The translations under genes and the position numbers were made by a program. A DNA stretch of 63,714 nt, counting the filler, from Octopus bimaculoides (taxonomy: Eukaryota), in the NCBI RefSeq assembly GCF_001194135.2. It is 6 parts of 6 records of this genome, joined end to end, with 100 filler letters (N's around TTAATTAATTAA, not from the genome) between each part and the next. Parts side by side here need not be neighbours in the genome. Positions count along the whole stretch, not along the records: positions 20,289 to 28,269 come from NC_069008.1; positions 28,370 to 47,305 come from NC_069001.1; 4 more parts are not named here. One strand, written 5' to 3'. The number at the start of each line of letters is the position of its first letter. The first letter of the stretch is position 1. This document shows, in pieces, positions 23,851 to 38,187 of the stretch. Under the pieces are notes generated by a model. It made no database searches. It saw only the letters and a list, made by a program, of their open reading frames with translations, and was not told where the DNA came from.

Positions 23851-24801
23851 AAGATAAAGCAGAAGAGAACATTTACAATCATAATTAATTGACTGATTGG
23901 TTAAGTGATTGAGGAAATTTGTAACATTTTAATTTTTCAGAATTTCAGAAAATTTTCTGCAAATATGTGTTTATGGATTGGGGGTGGTGTTAACAAATTT
24001 TTACAGAGCTTTTTTTTTTCTTTTTTTGCATAAGCATGCAAGATACCAAATGTAGGACACAAATTTGCAAAAATTTTCTGAAAATGCCAAAAACTAGGAA
24101 AGGTTTATGACTGGTTACACGGTGTGCTTCGGTCCAGAATCCATAAAAGGTCGTGCGTATACCCGAATATTTTTCACTCTTTGAATTGGGATTTCAAAAA
24201 TTATCTTCCAATTATAAACAGAAACAAATAAGAGATTTTGACTGTTCGTATATCGAACTCTAATTTCGAAAAAGTGGAAATTTTAGGATTAATGGAGCCT
24301 AGCTTTAAAAAATAANNNNNNNNNNNNNNNNNNNNNNNNNNNNNNNNNNNNNNNNNNNNNNNNNNNNNNNNNNNNNNNNNNNNNNNNNNNNNNNNNNNNN
24401 NNNNNNNNNNNNNNNNNNNNNNNNNNNNNNNNNNNNNNNNNNNNNNNNNNNNNNNNNNNNNNNNNNNNNNNNNNNNNNNNNNNNNNNNNNNNNNNNNNNN
24501 NNNNNNNNNNNNNNNNNNNNNNNNNNNNNNNNNNNNNNNNNNNNNNNNNNNNNNNNNNNNNNNNNNNNNNNNNNNNNNNNNNNNNNNNNNNNNNNNNNNN
24601 NNNNNNNNNNNNNNNNNNNNNNNNNNNNNNNNNNNNNNNNNNNNNNNNNNNNNNNNNNNNNNNNNNNNNNNNNNNNNNNNNNNNNNNNNNNNNNNNNNNN
24701 NNNNNNNNNNNNNNNNNNNNNNNNNNNNNNNNNNNNNNNNNNNNNNNNNNNNNNNNNNNNNNNNNNNNNNNNNNNNNNNNNNNNNNNNNNNNNNNNNNNN
24801 N

Positions 24802-25139
24802 NCATAGGATCGCGGTTTCGATTCCCAGACCGGGCGTTGTGAGTGTTTATTCAGCGAAAACACCTAAAGCTCCACGAGGCTCCGGCAGGGGATGGTGGTG
24901 AACCCTACTGTACTCTTTCACCACAACTTTCTCTCACTCTTACTTCCTATTTCTGTTGTGCCTGTATTTCAAAGGGTCAGCCTTGTCACGCTGAATATCC
25001 CCGAGAACTACCTTAAGGGTACACGTGTCTGTGGAGTGCTCAGCCACTTGTACGTTAATTTCACGAGCAGGCTGTCCCGTTGATCGATCAATTGGAACCC
25101 TCGACGTCGTAAGCGACAGAGTGCCAACATCAACAACAA
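24802..25139 (+). mobile_element. SINE family B copy (head lost in gap)
   Basis: Near-identical to 13120-13472. Confidence 0.85.
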
Positions 25140-25754
25140 TTTTTCATGATTTGTCGTAGTTGTCTCATCTCATGAGTAGGTAACTTGTCTACTTGAGTTT
25201 TATACAGCACGGAAGAAAGTACTATAGCCTGGTACACCCTTACAAAGACCGGTATTCTTTACCAGGTTCACCTGAGGGGAAAGAAGCTCTGATGAGAGTT
25301 AGCTCCCGTAAATTGCATATAAAAACAAAATCGCATGCGCATTAAACATGCTACGTAAAATTCTACATGAAAAAGATAGGCATACGCGTTAAACTTGGCT
25401 TCCTTTTCTACATTCACTTCAAAAATTTTGTCTCTTTAAAGAATTCTCTTTAATCAAGTATCATGTACAGTTATTAAACATTTCTCGTCCCCTCCCCCCA
25501 CATACTGTTATAATACACTTTCAACAATTCTACGCAGTTATGATACATTTCTCAACTAACACACACACACAGTTATAACAATATCCTTTATAAACCATTT
25601 CCGTAAGTATTATACAAGAAAACATTTCATCTTCTAATATTGTAGTCGCTCGTTTTTGACGTGTCTTACCTTTTATACGTGAAACTTGTCAGATATGTGC
25701 GTGATTTTGCCGCTATTTCTTGCTATGGAAGCTAATTTGTTGACTGCCCATCGT

Positions 25755-26078
25755 GGCATAACTACAGGGTTTTACCCCCCCCCCCCCCCGACTTTGGGAG
25801 GTCATAACTTTCAGAAAAATGAATATTTTTTAATGAAATTTTCTATGCATATAGTATTTACTATGTAGAATCCGAATATACAAGAATTTCCGGTGAAAGT
25901 GTTTTGGAATGGGGGTGGGGGACAATTTTCGGAAATTCCAACAGAGTCCACTTAAATTCTTCTTTACTTCCAGGAAGAAAATTTCATTAAATGCATAGAA
26001 AATTTCATTAAAAAATATTCATTTTTCTGAAAGTTATGACCTCCCAAAGTCTGGGGGGTAAAACCCTGTAGTTATGCC
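25755..26078. mobile_element. hAT-type MITE with ~90-bp TIRs and 8-bp TSD CCCATCGT
   Basis: GGCATAACTACAGGGTTTTACCCCCC...GGGGGGTAAAACCCTGTAGTTATGCC, with CCCATCGT at 25747-25754 and 26079-26086. Confidence 0.85.
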
Positions 26079-26991
26079 CCCATCGTTACCACGTTAGTTA
26101 TATGATTGAGTTTGAGAAGTATTTTGTATTATGAATGCGGTTTGCAATAAGACATGGTAAAAGGACAGTCTTCTAATAAGACTCCATAACAAATGCATGA
26201 ATTAGGAAAAGAAATTAAATTAGTGAAATGGACGAAACACAGAACACAATTAAAAATACGCATTGTATTACACTTCAATCACTTTATTATAATTTAGTTT
26301 CAAATTTTGTCATAAGGCCAGCAAATTCGGAGATGGATAAATCGATTACATCAACTCCAATGCTGGTACTTGCCTTATTGGCTATGTTTCGTTGTAACTC
26401 GCAAAGTTGTCAACGAATTGTCACCCGGATCAGCTGTTTTGTTCGTTAATTTCTGTAATTTATTTATTTATTTATTTATTTACTTTTGTTTTAAAGTGAA
26501 AGATGTATGAACATGAAATGGACGTGTGTGTGAGAGAGAGAGAGATAGTGAGCGAGTGCCAGTTAAACATACATGAGAACACACGTTCACTCATTCACTC
26601 TGTCTCAGACATGTACATACAAAAAGATGTGTGCATATGTATTGATGTATGTACGTATACATGAAAACACCCCTTCACTCACTTTCTGTCTCTTTCACAC
26701 ACATGTCCATTTCACATACATACATCTTTCACTTTAAAACAAAAGCAAATAAATAAAGATTTTTTGCGGAAATTAACGAACCCAGATGACAGTTCTTCAA
26801 GTCAAAACGGAAGATCACCATTTTATTGACACCCGAAAGGATGAAAGACAAATTCAACCTCAGCAGAGGGACGGTCGAAATGCCGTGAAGGATTTTGCCT
26901 GGTATGCTAACGATTCTGCCAGCTCGCACCCTTAATACTTTGGTATTCTCTCAATATGACTCGACAAAATTAAAACACTTAAATTCGGTTG

Positions 26992-27420
26992 TTTCCGTGG
27001 AAAGCAGTGTCAACTTTCAGTTGAAGAAATTGGAGGAGAAGAAAACTAATGGGTTGTAATGTGCAAGCTTCTTGTCTGTGTCTGTGCATGTTCTGTTTTT
27101 ATGTATTTATGTGTTGTGGAATATAGATATAACGAAATTATGCCAGCAATGTCTCATTTTAAACTTGAAGAAAAAAAAAGCCTTGCATATTTGTTATTAC
27201 CTGCTTCATGTGTAAAATAATTTCGTTATATCTATATTCTACAACACACAAAAACAGAACAGGCACCCACACAGACAAGAACAAGCTGGCACACACACAC
27301 ACACACACAAAAGAACAAGCACGCACACAGAGACACAGACAAGAGCAAGCACACACGTACAATCCATTAGCCTTCTTCTCCAATTTCTTCAACTGACAGT
27401 TGACACTGCTTCCACGGAAA
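26992..27420. repeat. Long inverted repeat (arms 26992-27141 and 27217-27420)
   Basis: TTTCCGTGGAAAGCAGTGTCAAC...AACGAAATTAT vs ATAATTTCGTT...GTTGACACTGCTTCCACGGAAA. Confidence 0.8.
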
Positions 27421-27939
27421 TTGCCAAATTGAAGTGTTTTGATTTTGTCATATCGAAAGAATACCAATTCTTTATTATAAGCCATTGAATGTTTTGTTTT
27501 GTTCTTTTGTTGTTGTTTTTCATGGTAGAACTATAGATATTGCCCCGCCACCATCAGCTGAACCACCTCGTTTGTTTCCTCATAACTTTGTGAAAGATAG
27601 ATATTTAGTGAAATTTTCTACAAATACATTTCAGATAGGGAAGTTTCCGATTGTCGGAATTTAATGTTAAAAAAAAAAAAAATTGGTTTGGCGGAGTTGG
27701 GTGGGAGAATAATTTCAGGCATCTTGACTTTGTTTCCTCATGCATTTCAATGATTCCTATTAAAATTACGTTGAATAAAAAATGGTAATCTTTAGTTTTA
27801 GGCACATATATTGTCATGATTCATAACTGTTTCAAATGTTGGCTCAAGGCCGGCTGTTTTGAGGGGAGAGGGAAATCAATTATCACAACCCCAGTACATG
27901 ACAGGTACTGTTATAGCCTTGCGGCTGTAACAGATTTGG

Positions 27940-28235
27940 AAGCATGGCTGTGTGTTAAGAAGTTTGCTTTCCTATCATATGGTTCCGTGTTCTGTCCCAT
28001 TGTCCATTCTATTATAACCAACCAAAGCCTTTTGAGTGGATTTAGTGAAAGAAACTAAAAAAAGCCCATCATATGTGTTTGTTCTACACCACCTCTTGAC
28101 AACTAGTGTCTGTTTGTTTACATCCTCATTCCTTAGTAGTTTAGCAAAAAAATGATGAAATACTGGGGTCAAGTTGTTTTTCTAATCCCTTTAGGGCAAT
28201 GCCCCAGCTTGGGCTGCAGCCTAATGACTGATGCC
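27940..28235 (+). mobile_element. SINE family A, diverged copy
   Basis: Partial match to the consensus. Confidence 0.7.
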
Positions 28236-28380
28236 AAGTAAAATGCGTGTGTATATGTATATATATATANNNNNNNNNNNNNNNNNNNNNNNNNNNNNNN
28301 NNNNNNNNNNNNNTTAATTAATTAANNNNNNNNNNNNNNNNNNNNNNNNNNNNNNNNNNNNNNNNNNNNACATACATACA

Positions 28381-28416
<36 letters not shown>

Positions 28417-28417
28417 T

Positions 28418-28457
<40 letters not shown>

Positions 28458-28810
28458 TAGTTATAAGAATTCAATGGAACCTACGCACATGAACAGGTAG
28501 GACGTACACAGTGAATATATTAGATAACCATTCAATGAAAGTGTTAGATGAAAAGATAGGAGTAGAGATGACGTTTCGAGCCTGGTTCTTCGTCAGAAAA
28601 TAGGAAAAACGCCAGGGAAGAGGAAAAAGATGAAGGAGTTGATCGTCAGGAGAAAAGCACAAATGCGTCTTTACGGGGGTATAATATATATTGCAGGGAT
28701 GTGAATTATGTTGTCATATTTAGATGCTTGGTGTGTAACTATAGTTGTGTGTAATATACAGGTGCATAGTAGTAGTAGTAGTAGTCTTGATAGTAGTAGT
28801 AGTAATGTTG

Positions 28811-28852
<42 letters not shown>

Positions 28853-29188
28853 ATAGTGGTGGTGGCAGTGGTGAAGGTGTGTAACAGTGGGTGATAGTGT
28901 AGTAGTGGCGGTGGCGTGTGGTGGTGCGTGTGATAGCGTAATGGAATCGAGGAATATTGCAAGTCGAGGATTGGATTTGGTGAAATGGCGAAACCTGTGG
29001 AACAGAATGCGCAGGCAGCCAGCCGGACAGACAGACGCTTTGAGTGATAATGTTGCATGAGGTGGATGGAAGGTTGGGGGAGAGAGTGATAATGTAGGTT
29101 GAGGAGGAGGAGGAACAACAGAAAACTTAACAACTGTGATAGGAAAACAACTGCAAAGCAACTGATGGCGTTAAGTGGTTGTGCTATG

Positions 29189-29309
<121 letters not shown>

Positions 29310-29422
29310 ACAGTAACAGCAACAACAATAAAAATAATATCAAATCAAGAGAAAAACTGACGAAAATGTCGAAAGATAAGTGATAGGTAATACTTGTAAA
29401 AATTATTGATCATTAAGCAAGC

Positions 29423-29463
<41 letters not shown>

Positions 29464-30299
29464 GGCTGGGGTTGCGTGTGTGTGTGTGTGTGCGTGTGTG
29501 CGCGTGCGTATAACTGATAGACTACGAATGTTGATAGTTTTCGACCATTTTACGTGAGGTGTTAACCAACCTTCGGTTTCAGGTTCAATCCAGGGCAGTT
29601 CCCTCCACCAATACCTCAGCATTGCAAATAATACAAATAAGACAGAATCATTCAATTTTGAGCGAATTAAAAAGGGAATTTGCAGTTTGGAGCGGATGTA
29701 TAATTGGTACTGAAGGTGGCGTGTACGAAACAAGTAAACCGGTGTCCGACGATAATGACCAAGTCTAAATAAATAACCGGATTTTATTCCCCAAATTTTG
29801 CAAATAATGGAGAAAATACATAAGAAAAGAAAAACATTTTGAGGCAGAAGAGTTGGGGTTAGTCGGTACCATGAACCCTAGCAACTTGATTTGTATATCC
29901 CTGGAGGAATGTAAAGCAAAGTTGACCCCGGCGGGATTTGAGCTCAACGCAATGAGTCGGAAACAACAAGAAAATAGGAACAAAAATATATAAAAGTCAG
30001 AGCAGGGCTCAGAACTCAATGAATAATATCAAAAAATATAAATAGTAGGGAGGATACTGTCCATATTTGTCTGAAGATGCTTTTAGTTCAATAGCACAAG
30101 ATAAACAGTACACCCTCCGAACACAACACGTCCTATACAATCAGCAGTTGATAACAACTGAAAGAATGCAAATGAAACACAAGAAGAAGCAACATACATT
30201 AACCTTCAGTTGAAAGGAAAAAATAAACCCCATCAATTTTGACCGGTATTACTCCTATTTTCATATACATACATGTAGATATATATTATAGGTGTATAA

Positions 30300-30669
30300 G
30301 TAGGCGTGGCTGAGTCGTAAGAAGCTTCCTTCCTAACTATACGGCTCCAGGTTCAGTCCCACTGCGTGGCACCTTGGGCAAGTGTCTTCTACTATAGCCT
30401 CGGGCCGACCAATGCCTTGTGAGTGGATTTCGTAGACGGAAACTGAAAGATGCCCGTCGTATATATATTTCCCCTCCCCGCCATTGCCTGACAACCGATG
30501 CTGGTATGCTTATGTCCCCGTAACTTAGCCGTTCGGCAAAAGACACCGATAGAATAATTACTTGGCTTACAAAGAATAAGTCCTGGGTTCGATTTCTTCC
30601 ACTAAAAGGTTTAAGTCGGTGCTCCAGCATGGCTGCAGTCAAATGACTGAAACAAGTAAAAGAATAAAT
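30300..30669 (+). mobile_element. SINE family A copy
   Basis: Matches the family A consensus. Confidence 0.85.
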
Positions 30670-31584
30670 GNNNNNNNNNNNNNNNNNNNNNNNNNNNNNN
30701 NNNNNNNNNNNNNNNNNNNNNNNNNNNNNNNNNNNNNNNNNNNNNNNNNNNNNNNNNNNNNNNNNNNNNNNNNNNNNNNNNNNNNNNNNNNNNNNNNNNN
30801 NNNNNNNNNNNNNNNNNNNNNNNNNNNNNNNNNNNNNNNNNNNNNNNNNNNNNNNNNNNNNNNNNNNNNNNNNNNNNNNNNNNNNNNNNNNNNNNNNNNN
30901 NNNNNNNNNNNNNNNNNNNNNNNNNNNNNNNNNNNNNNNNNNNNNNNNNNNNNNNNNNNNNNNNNNNNNNNNNNNNNNNNNNNNNNNNNNNNNNNNNNNN
31001 NNNNNNNNNNNNNNNNNNNNNNNNNNNNNNNNNNNNNNNNNNNNNNNNNNNNNNNNNNNNNNNNNNNNNNNNNNNNNNNNNNNNNNNNNNNNNNNNNNNN
31101 NNNNNNNNNNNNNNNNNNNNNNNNNNNNNNNNNNNNNNNNNNNNNNNNNNNNNNNNNNNNNNNNNNNNNNNNNNNNNNNNNNNNNNNNNNNNNNNNNNNN
31201 NNNNNNNNNNNNNNNNNNNNNNNNNNNNNNNNNNNNNNNNNNNNNNNNNNNNNNNTTGTGTTCATCTATTTCTGGTAGTTTTCTATCCCTCTTCCTCCTT
31301 CTCCCCCTTCCCCGCTATTCTTTTCGCTCACACACACACACACACACACCTCTTTAGATCTCCACAAATGAACCAAATTCTTTATGTCTTGCCCGTTAGC
31401 AGTCTGACATTTACAAAACAATATCTATTTTTCACAGATACATTACTCTCTTCGTTTTTCTTTTACCCCCCTGTTTTCTTTTTTTGTATACTCCTCAGTG
31501 CAGTAATTCCCTCCCTTCGTCTGACACCGTCCCAATCTCCTCGTTATATGTGTGTGTGTGTATACATATATACATTTATATATC

Positions 31585-31623
<39 letters not shown>

Positions 31624-31656
31624 ATGTATACATATGTATATACATTCATACATTTA

Positions 31657-31689
<33 letters not shown>

Positions 31690-32667
31690 CTGTGTATGTA
31701 TACGCATATGTGCTTGTGTGTGTGCAAGCGTGCGTGTGTGTGTATTGTAGTAATTGTCTCATCTGAACCTCCTATTTCTTTCTCCATTTTTGTTTTTCTG
31801 CANNNNNNNNNNNNNNNNNNNNNNNNNNNNNNNNNNNNNNNNNNNNNNNNNNNNNNNNNNNNNNNNNNNNNNNNNNNNNNNNNNNNNNNNNNNNNNNNNN
31901 NNNNNNNNNNNNNNNNNNNNNNNNNNNNNNNNNNNNNNNNNNNNNNNNNNNNNNNNNNNNNNNNNNNNNNNNNNNNNNNNNNNNNNNNNNNNNNNNNNNN
32001 NNNNNNNNNNNNNNNNNNNNNNNNNNNNNNNNNNNNNNNNNNNNNNNNNNNNNNNNNNNNNNNNNNNNNNNNNNNNNNNNNNNNNNNNNNNNNNNNNNNN
32101 NNNNNNNNNNNNNNNNNNNNNNNNNNNNNNNNNNNNNNNNNNNNNNNNNNNNNNNNNNNNNNNNNNNNNNNNNNNNNNNNNNNNNNNNNNNNNNNNNNNN
32201 NNNNNNNNNNNNNNNNNNNNNNNNNNNNNNNNNNNGTGAAAGGAGTCTGCTGTACCATGGTCAGTCAACCTGCTAGACATAGAAGTTTCTTTAACATTGT
32301 TGGAGTTTATCCGACATCTTAAGAAGAAACTCAGAAATCCACAACCAGCTAACCGCCACCTTAATAAATTAACTCAACATGACCCCCAGCTCCATGCACA
32401 TAAACCCAAAACACCCGTTGACCCCCCCCCCTTAACAACACTAACCCTGATAACTCCAACTATAATTTCACTATTATTACCCGATCCCTAAATTTACCAC
32501 AAAACCCAACTATAATCCTTGTAAAAAAAAAAAGAGAACGACACAGAAGATACCACCGGGCACGATAATTATGATATCACACAACCCCACAACACCCCCC
32601 TCAACCCCTCAACAAATACTGCTGCTGCTGCTTTTCTTGTTATAATTATTATCCTTGTTATTTGTAG

Positions 32668-32911
32668 GTAAAGAAGTAATGGAAGATTTTGAACAAGATC
32701 CGAAGCTTGGTTTTGTGAGGAAGGCCGTGTACACCATGGCGTATGCCCTTCATGCCATGCAGCAGAACCTGTGCCATGGAAAACCTGGAATGTGTGAAGC
32801 GATGATAAACATCCAGGGAACCACATACTTCAAATATCTCATGAACACATCCTTTACCAGTTATTTTGGAGAGGAGGTGCACTTTGACGAGAGCGGTGAC
32901 CCGCCAGGGAG
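32668..32911 (+). CDS. GRM1/5-like: Group I metabotropic glutamate receptor exon (Venus flytrap C-lobe): (G)KEVMEDFEQDPKLGFV...FDESGDPPG(R)
   Basis: TTTGTAG acceptor and AG|GTGAGA donor, 244 nt, phase 1/2. It resembles mGluR5 [22 protein letters not shown]...FDENGDSPGR. Confidence 0.92.
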
Positions 32912-33017
32912 GTGAGACAGCCTATCTCTTCCTTCCACTTATGGACCTTAATATCTATCTACCTATCTGTCTGTCTGTCTTTGTTTGTTTGTTTTCTTAT
33001 TTCTATCTGTCTGTCTA

Positions 33018-33051
<34 letters not shown>

Positions 33052-33052
33052 C

Positions 33053-33105
<53 letters not shown>

Positions 33106-34297
33106 CATTTGTCTGTCTGTCAGTTTGTCTGCCTGTTGGTCTGTATGTATGTGTGCATGCATNNNNNNNNNNNNNNNNNNNNNNNNNNNNNNNNNNNNNN
33201 NNNNNNNNNNNNNNNNNNNNNNNNNNNNNNNNNNNNNNNNNNNNNNNNNNNNNNNNNNNNNNNNNNNNNNNNNNNNNNNNNNNNNNNNNNNNNNNNNNNN
33301 NNNNNNNNNNNNNNNNNNNNNNNNNNNNNNNNNNNNNNNNNNNNNNNNNNNNNNNNNNNNNNNNNNNNNNNNNNNNNNNNNNNNNNNNNNNNNNNNNNNN
33401 NNNNNNNNNNNNNNNNNNNNNNNNNNNNNNNNNNNNNNNNNNNNNNNNNNNNNNNNNNNNNNNNNNNNNNNNNNNNNNNNNNNNNNNNNNNNNNNNNNNN
33501 NNNNNNNNNNNNNNNNNNNNNNNNNNNNNNNNNNNNNNNNNNNNNNNNNNNNNNNNNNNNNNNNNNNNNNNNNNNNNNNNNNNNNNNNNNNNNNNNNNNN
33601 NNNNNNNNNNNNNNNNNNNNNNNNNNNNNNNNNNNNNNNNNNNNNNNNNNNNNNNNNNNNNNNNNNNNNNNNNNNNNNNNNNNNNNNNNNNNNNNNNNNN
33701 NNNNNNNNNNNNNNNNNNNNNNNNNNNNNNNNNNNNNNNNNNNNNNNNNNNNNNNNNNNNNNNNNNNNNNNNNNNNNNNNNNNNNNNNNNNNNNNNNNNN
33801 NNNNNNNNNNNNNNNNNNNNNNNNNNNNNNNNNNNNNNNNNNNNNNNNNNNNNNNNNNNNNNNNNNNNNNNNNNNNNNNNNNNNNNNNNNNNNNNNNNNN
33901 NNNNNNNNNNNNNNNNNNNNNNNNNNNNNNNNNNNNNNNNNNNNNNNNNNNNNNNNNNNNNNNNNNNNNNNNNNNNNNNNNNNNNNNNNNNNNNNNNNNN
34001 NNNNNNNNNNNNNNNNNNNNNNNNNNNNNNNNNNNNNNNNNNNNNNNNNNNNNNNNNNNNNNNNNNNNNNNNNNNNNNNNNNNNNNNNNNNNNNNNNNNN
34101 NNNNNNNNNNNNNNNNNNNNNNNNNNNNNNNNNNNNNNNNNNNNNNNNNNNNNATATAGTTAAAACTTACTGTATAAAGGTTAACGCGTGCGTTCTGTCG
34201 TGATACAAACAATATATGAGTATATGCATATATATGTACATGTATGTACATACCTTCATCTACATGTACACATAGATACATAACTGGGTACATGACG

Positions 34298-34340
<43 letters not shown>

Positions 34341-34427
34341 GAAAGAGAAATACGAGAGACAGACCGATAGGGAAAGAGAGATTTGTATATATACGGTTCC
34401 CCATTAACATTTCTATTTTCCTTGCAG

Positions 34428-34626
34428 ATATGATATCATGAACTTCCAACAATTCGAAAGTGACGGCGAAGAAAATGCCACCTATGCCTACGTGAAGGTT
34501 GGGTCCTGGAATAATGGCCGTCTTGAGATGAACGATAGTAATATCTTCTGGCCTTCCGTTGGTCGAGGAATTACCAAAGTTATCGAATCAGTGTGCAGTA
34601 AACCGTGTCAGAAAGGTTTCATCAAG
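34428..34626 (+). CDS. GRM1/5-like: Group I mGluR exon: (R)YDIMNFQQ...VGSWNNGRL...[13 protein letters not shown]
   Basis: TTTTCCTTGCAG acceptor and AAG|GTCAGA donor, 199 nt, phase 2/0, in frame with both neighbours. Confidence 0.92.
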
Positions 34627-34721
34627 GTCAGATTAAAACGAATTTGATTGATTCCATTCTGTATGTTTCAACTTATGTCTATCTATCTGTCTGTCTGTCT
34701 GCCTGTCTGTCTGTCCCTCTT

Positions 34722-34779
<58 letters not shown>

Positions 34780-35111
34780 CGTCTGTCGGTCTGTAANNNN
34801 NNNNNNTATATATATGTGTATATATGTATATATATATTTATATATATGTGTATATATGTATATATATGTGTATATATGTATATATATATTTATATATATG
34901 TCTATATATGTATATATATATACATATATACGTATATATATATGTCAGTATATATATTTTTATATATGTATATATATATGTCTATATATGTATATATATA
35001 TGTCTATATATATGTATGTATATATATATATATATATATATANNNNNNNNNNNNNNNNNNNNNNNNNNNNNNNNNNNNNNNNNNNNNNNNNNNNNNNNNN
35101 NNNNNNNNNNN

Positions 35112-35143
<32 letters not shown>

Positions 35144-35149
35144 TATAGA

Positions 35150-35440
35150 TACATACCGTGTTTTGTTCTTGAGCAAGACACTTCATTTCACGTTGCTCCA
35201 GTTCACTCAGCTGTAGAAATGAGTTGTGACGTCACTGGTGCCCAACTGTATCGGCCCCTTTGCCTTTCCCTTGGATAACATCAGTGGCATGGAGAGGGGA
35301 GGCTGGTGTGCATGGCCGACTGCTGTTCTTCCATAGTCCACCTTGTCCGGACTTGTGCCTCGGAGGGGAGAGCTTTCTAGGTGCCATCCCATTGTTATTT
35401 GTGACCGAAAGGCCTCTATTAACCGTCTACCTTTACCCCT
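35150..35440 (+). mobile_element. SINE family E (CORE/V-like central domain)
   Basis: GTTCTTGAGCAAGACACTT...TTGCTCCAGTTCACTCAGCTGTA, with related pieces at 8265-8400 (-) and 54190-54380 (+). Confidence 0.6.
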
Positions 35441-36404
35441 ATATGTATTTGGGATTTATGTATCTTCAGATGAAACCTCACTTGAATGTGACTCGAAGTT
35501 TTACCTTTCATCGTTTCTCGGGCAACAAAATGCGATGTAACCTTTGATTTTATATTCATATAAGAAATAACAATCACTAAATCTGTGACAACCTTAACAA
35601 TAACTTGTAGCATGTCACAGAATTTCAGAAGGTAATTCGATGTTGTAAAGATTTCGAAATATTTCAATAAAAGAATTCCGTTTCATAACGTGAAAAGCAA
35701 TAAAGGTAAGAACGTAATTTTACAGGAAGGAAAGAAAGGAAAAAAACAAATTAATAGTATGAACGGCGAAATTATCGAGTAATAAGACCCATAACTACCT
35801 CACCAAGGAAACAAAGAGAAAAAAGGGTCGGGGTATATCGGGTTATACACCTCCAGATGATGTTAAGAAAAGAAATTTATTTGTTTTCAGCGTATATTAG
35901 TGTAATACGAGGTTGTCCAGCGTGCATTTTAATAATATTTTAATAAAATTTCTTCTTTTGGAGACAAAAACATATTGACTTTGTTCAGCTGTTTTATGTT
36001 AGAATTGTTATGAAACAATATGCTCTCTTTCTCGAAAATACAATGATTTTTATCCACCGTTAGTCTGAACATAAACTTTGTATGTTTTAATATCTTTTAA
36101 ATAATTGTACATCATCAGATGTTGTTATTTCGTAATGAATAGATATATTTCGATAAACTTATATCAGAATATATTTGAGGATTTCTGAAAGTACGTTAGC
36201 GCTGTTTGAATCTCAAGTTAAAAGGTTTCCCACTCAACCGATATCACAAGAAACCAAATGTAAACACTTACTGGCAATGACGTTTTCATTTCAAACGATA
36301 AATTATTTAAGGAACAATTTACTGGTTTTAATAATTACACGACGGAAAAAAATGGGGTTTAGATAAATATTTAGGAGTTTTACTGTTAATATGTACTGTT
36401 TCTA

Positions 36405-36595
36405 AGGTGACAAGCTGGTAGGGTCATTAGCAGCTCGCCGGCCAAAATGGTTAACGGCATTTCATCCGTTTATAGGTTCAGAGTTTAAATTTCCCAAATT
36501 CCACATCGCCTTTTATCCTCTCGGGGTCGAAGTAATCGTCTTAGCCTCCAGCAACCCCCAAAATTACCGGCCTTGTGCTAAAATTTGAAACTATA
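36405..36595 (+). mobile_element. SINE family C copy
   Basis: Diverged match, followed by (TAA)n. Confidence 0.65.
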
Positions 36596-36642
36596 ATAAT
36601 AATAGTAATAATAATAATAATAATAATTATTANNNNNNNNNN

Positions 36643-36690
<48 letters not shown>

Positions 36691-37205
36691 CATTATCAAT
36701 GCAATTAATTTATAACATCAAACCATTGTTCCAACCCTTCATTATAACAGACATGTTTTGTTTAAGGTACATATATCAGATGAAATATTGCATAAATCTA
36801 TACTGACATTTTCCACTAAATTATTATAATACCAGTGAATAGTTTGAAGCTAAATTCTTGAATGGAATTTTTCGTGTAGCTATAAATTGGTAGTTATTGA
36901 TTTATTTCTATACCTAAAACCATATCTAAGAAAGCTAAGTAATTCTAAATTTTTATCAATAATAATCATTAGGTGTAAGACTTTAAATAAACCAAAGACA
37001 TTTTATTTCTAAAACTGGCTGGTTGATAGATATTTATATTACGTTTAATAGCGAGCCCATCATCTCGATAAAAACCACGTTGTAAACTATGATTGTTATT
37101 ATTTAATAAATGTAAAATATAAAAACAGTAAAATATAAGAACAAATTACCGCAGAATATAGGCTAGAAATGCTACATTGAAAGAATTAAGACCATTCTTC
37201 TAAAC

Positions 37206-37475
37206 CTATCGATCATTAGCGAAAGAAAGCAATGATCTTGCATTCCTGATTACTTTAATCTCAGAATCACTGAGAGAAATATAATTCTTGGCGAAAATTA
37301 ATGCTTTTTGGAGCAAAGATTTAGTTATCGAAGGATAAAAGCCGATGATGTCAAGTTGTATAAATATAGAGAGACGCTTGTTACTAATGCTGTTGAAGCA
37401 ATTAATTACTGAAGTATTGTTATCCAATAATAGTGAGTTGGCTGTTTGTTTAATTATAAGAATAATGGAATCCAT
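37206..37475 (-). pseudogene. Penelope-like element reverse transcriptase fragment
   Basis: NTSVINCFNSISNKRLSIFIQLDIIGFYPSITKSLLQKALIFAKNY...RNARSLL matches the PLE RT motif-A context (FIQFDIxxFYPSI). Confidence 0.75.
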
Positions 37476-37638
37476 GATACTTTTACTTACTATATATAAC
37501 GTGCTTATGACTGGAGTTACAAAACTATTTATAAATATATATAATGTCTATGTATANNNNNNNNNNNNNNNNNNNNNNNNNNNNNNNNNNNNNNNNNNNN
37601 NNNNNNNNNNNNNNNNNNNNNNNNNNNNNNNNNNNNNN

Positions 37639-37699
<61 letters not shown>

Positions 37700-38187
37700 C
37701 ACACACACGAACACACGCACGCGCACGCACGAATACACACACACACATGAGTTCGAATAATACACAAGATTGAAAGTTCTCAAAAGAAGAACATTTTATT
37801 AGATTATTTAAAGAAGCTCAAATTAGCGATAAAATCCCTGAATCAGACGGACACACACACATACACATGCATACACATACACGCACGCACAAACACACAC
37901 ACACACACACACACACAAATGTCAAATCACCAGGCAAAGAAATTCACAGAATAAAACAACCGCAAAGAATATTCAAATAGAAATGTAGACGAAGCCGCGA
38001 CAGATATAGACAGAAATGCAACAAGTGCATAAAGCACTACTCCGACCAGAAATGCATCAAGTTCACGCAAAGTGTGTGACAGGAACCAAATGCACGGTGC
38101 AGAAGAACCCAAAATCAAAAACTTCATAAAATGAAGAACAAAATGCTTCACATCAAAACAAAAGCCGATACAAAGGAGATATTACAA

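Noticed and set aside
37927-38100. Cys/His-rich stretch resembling a piggyBac C-terminal domain (KCRRSRDRYRQKCNKCIKHY...)
   Set aside because: It is too degenerate and stop-interrupted to support without an alignment.
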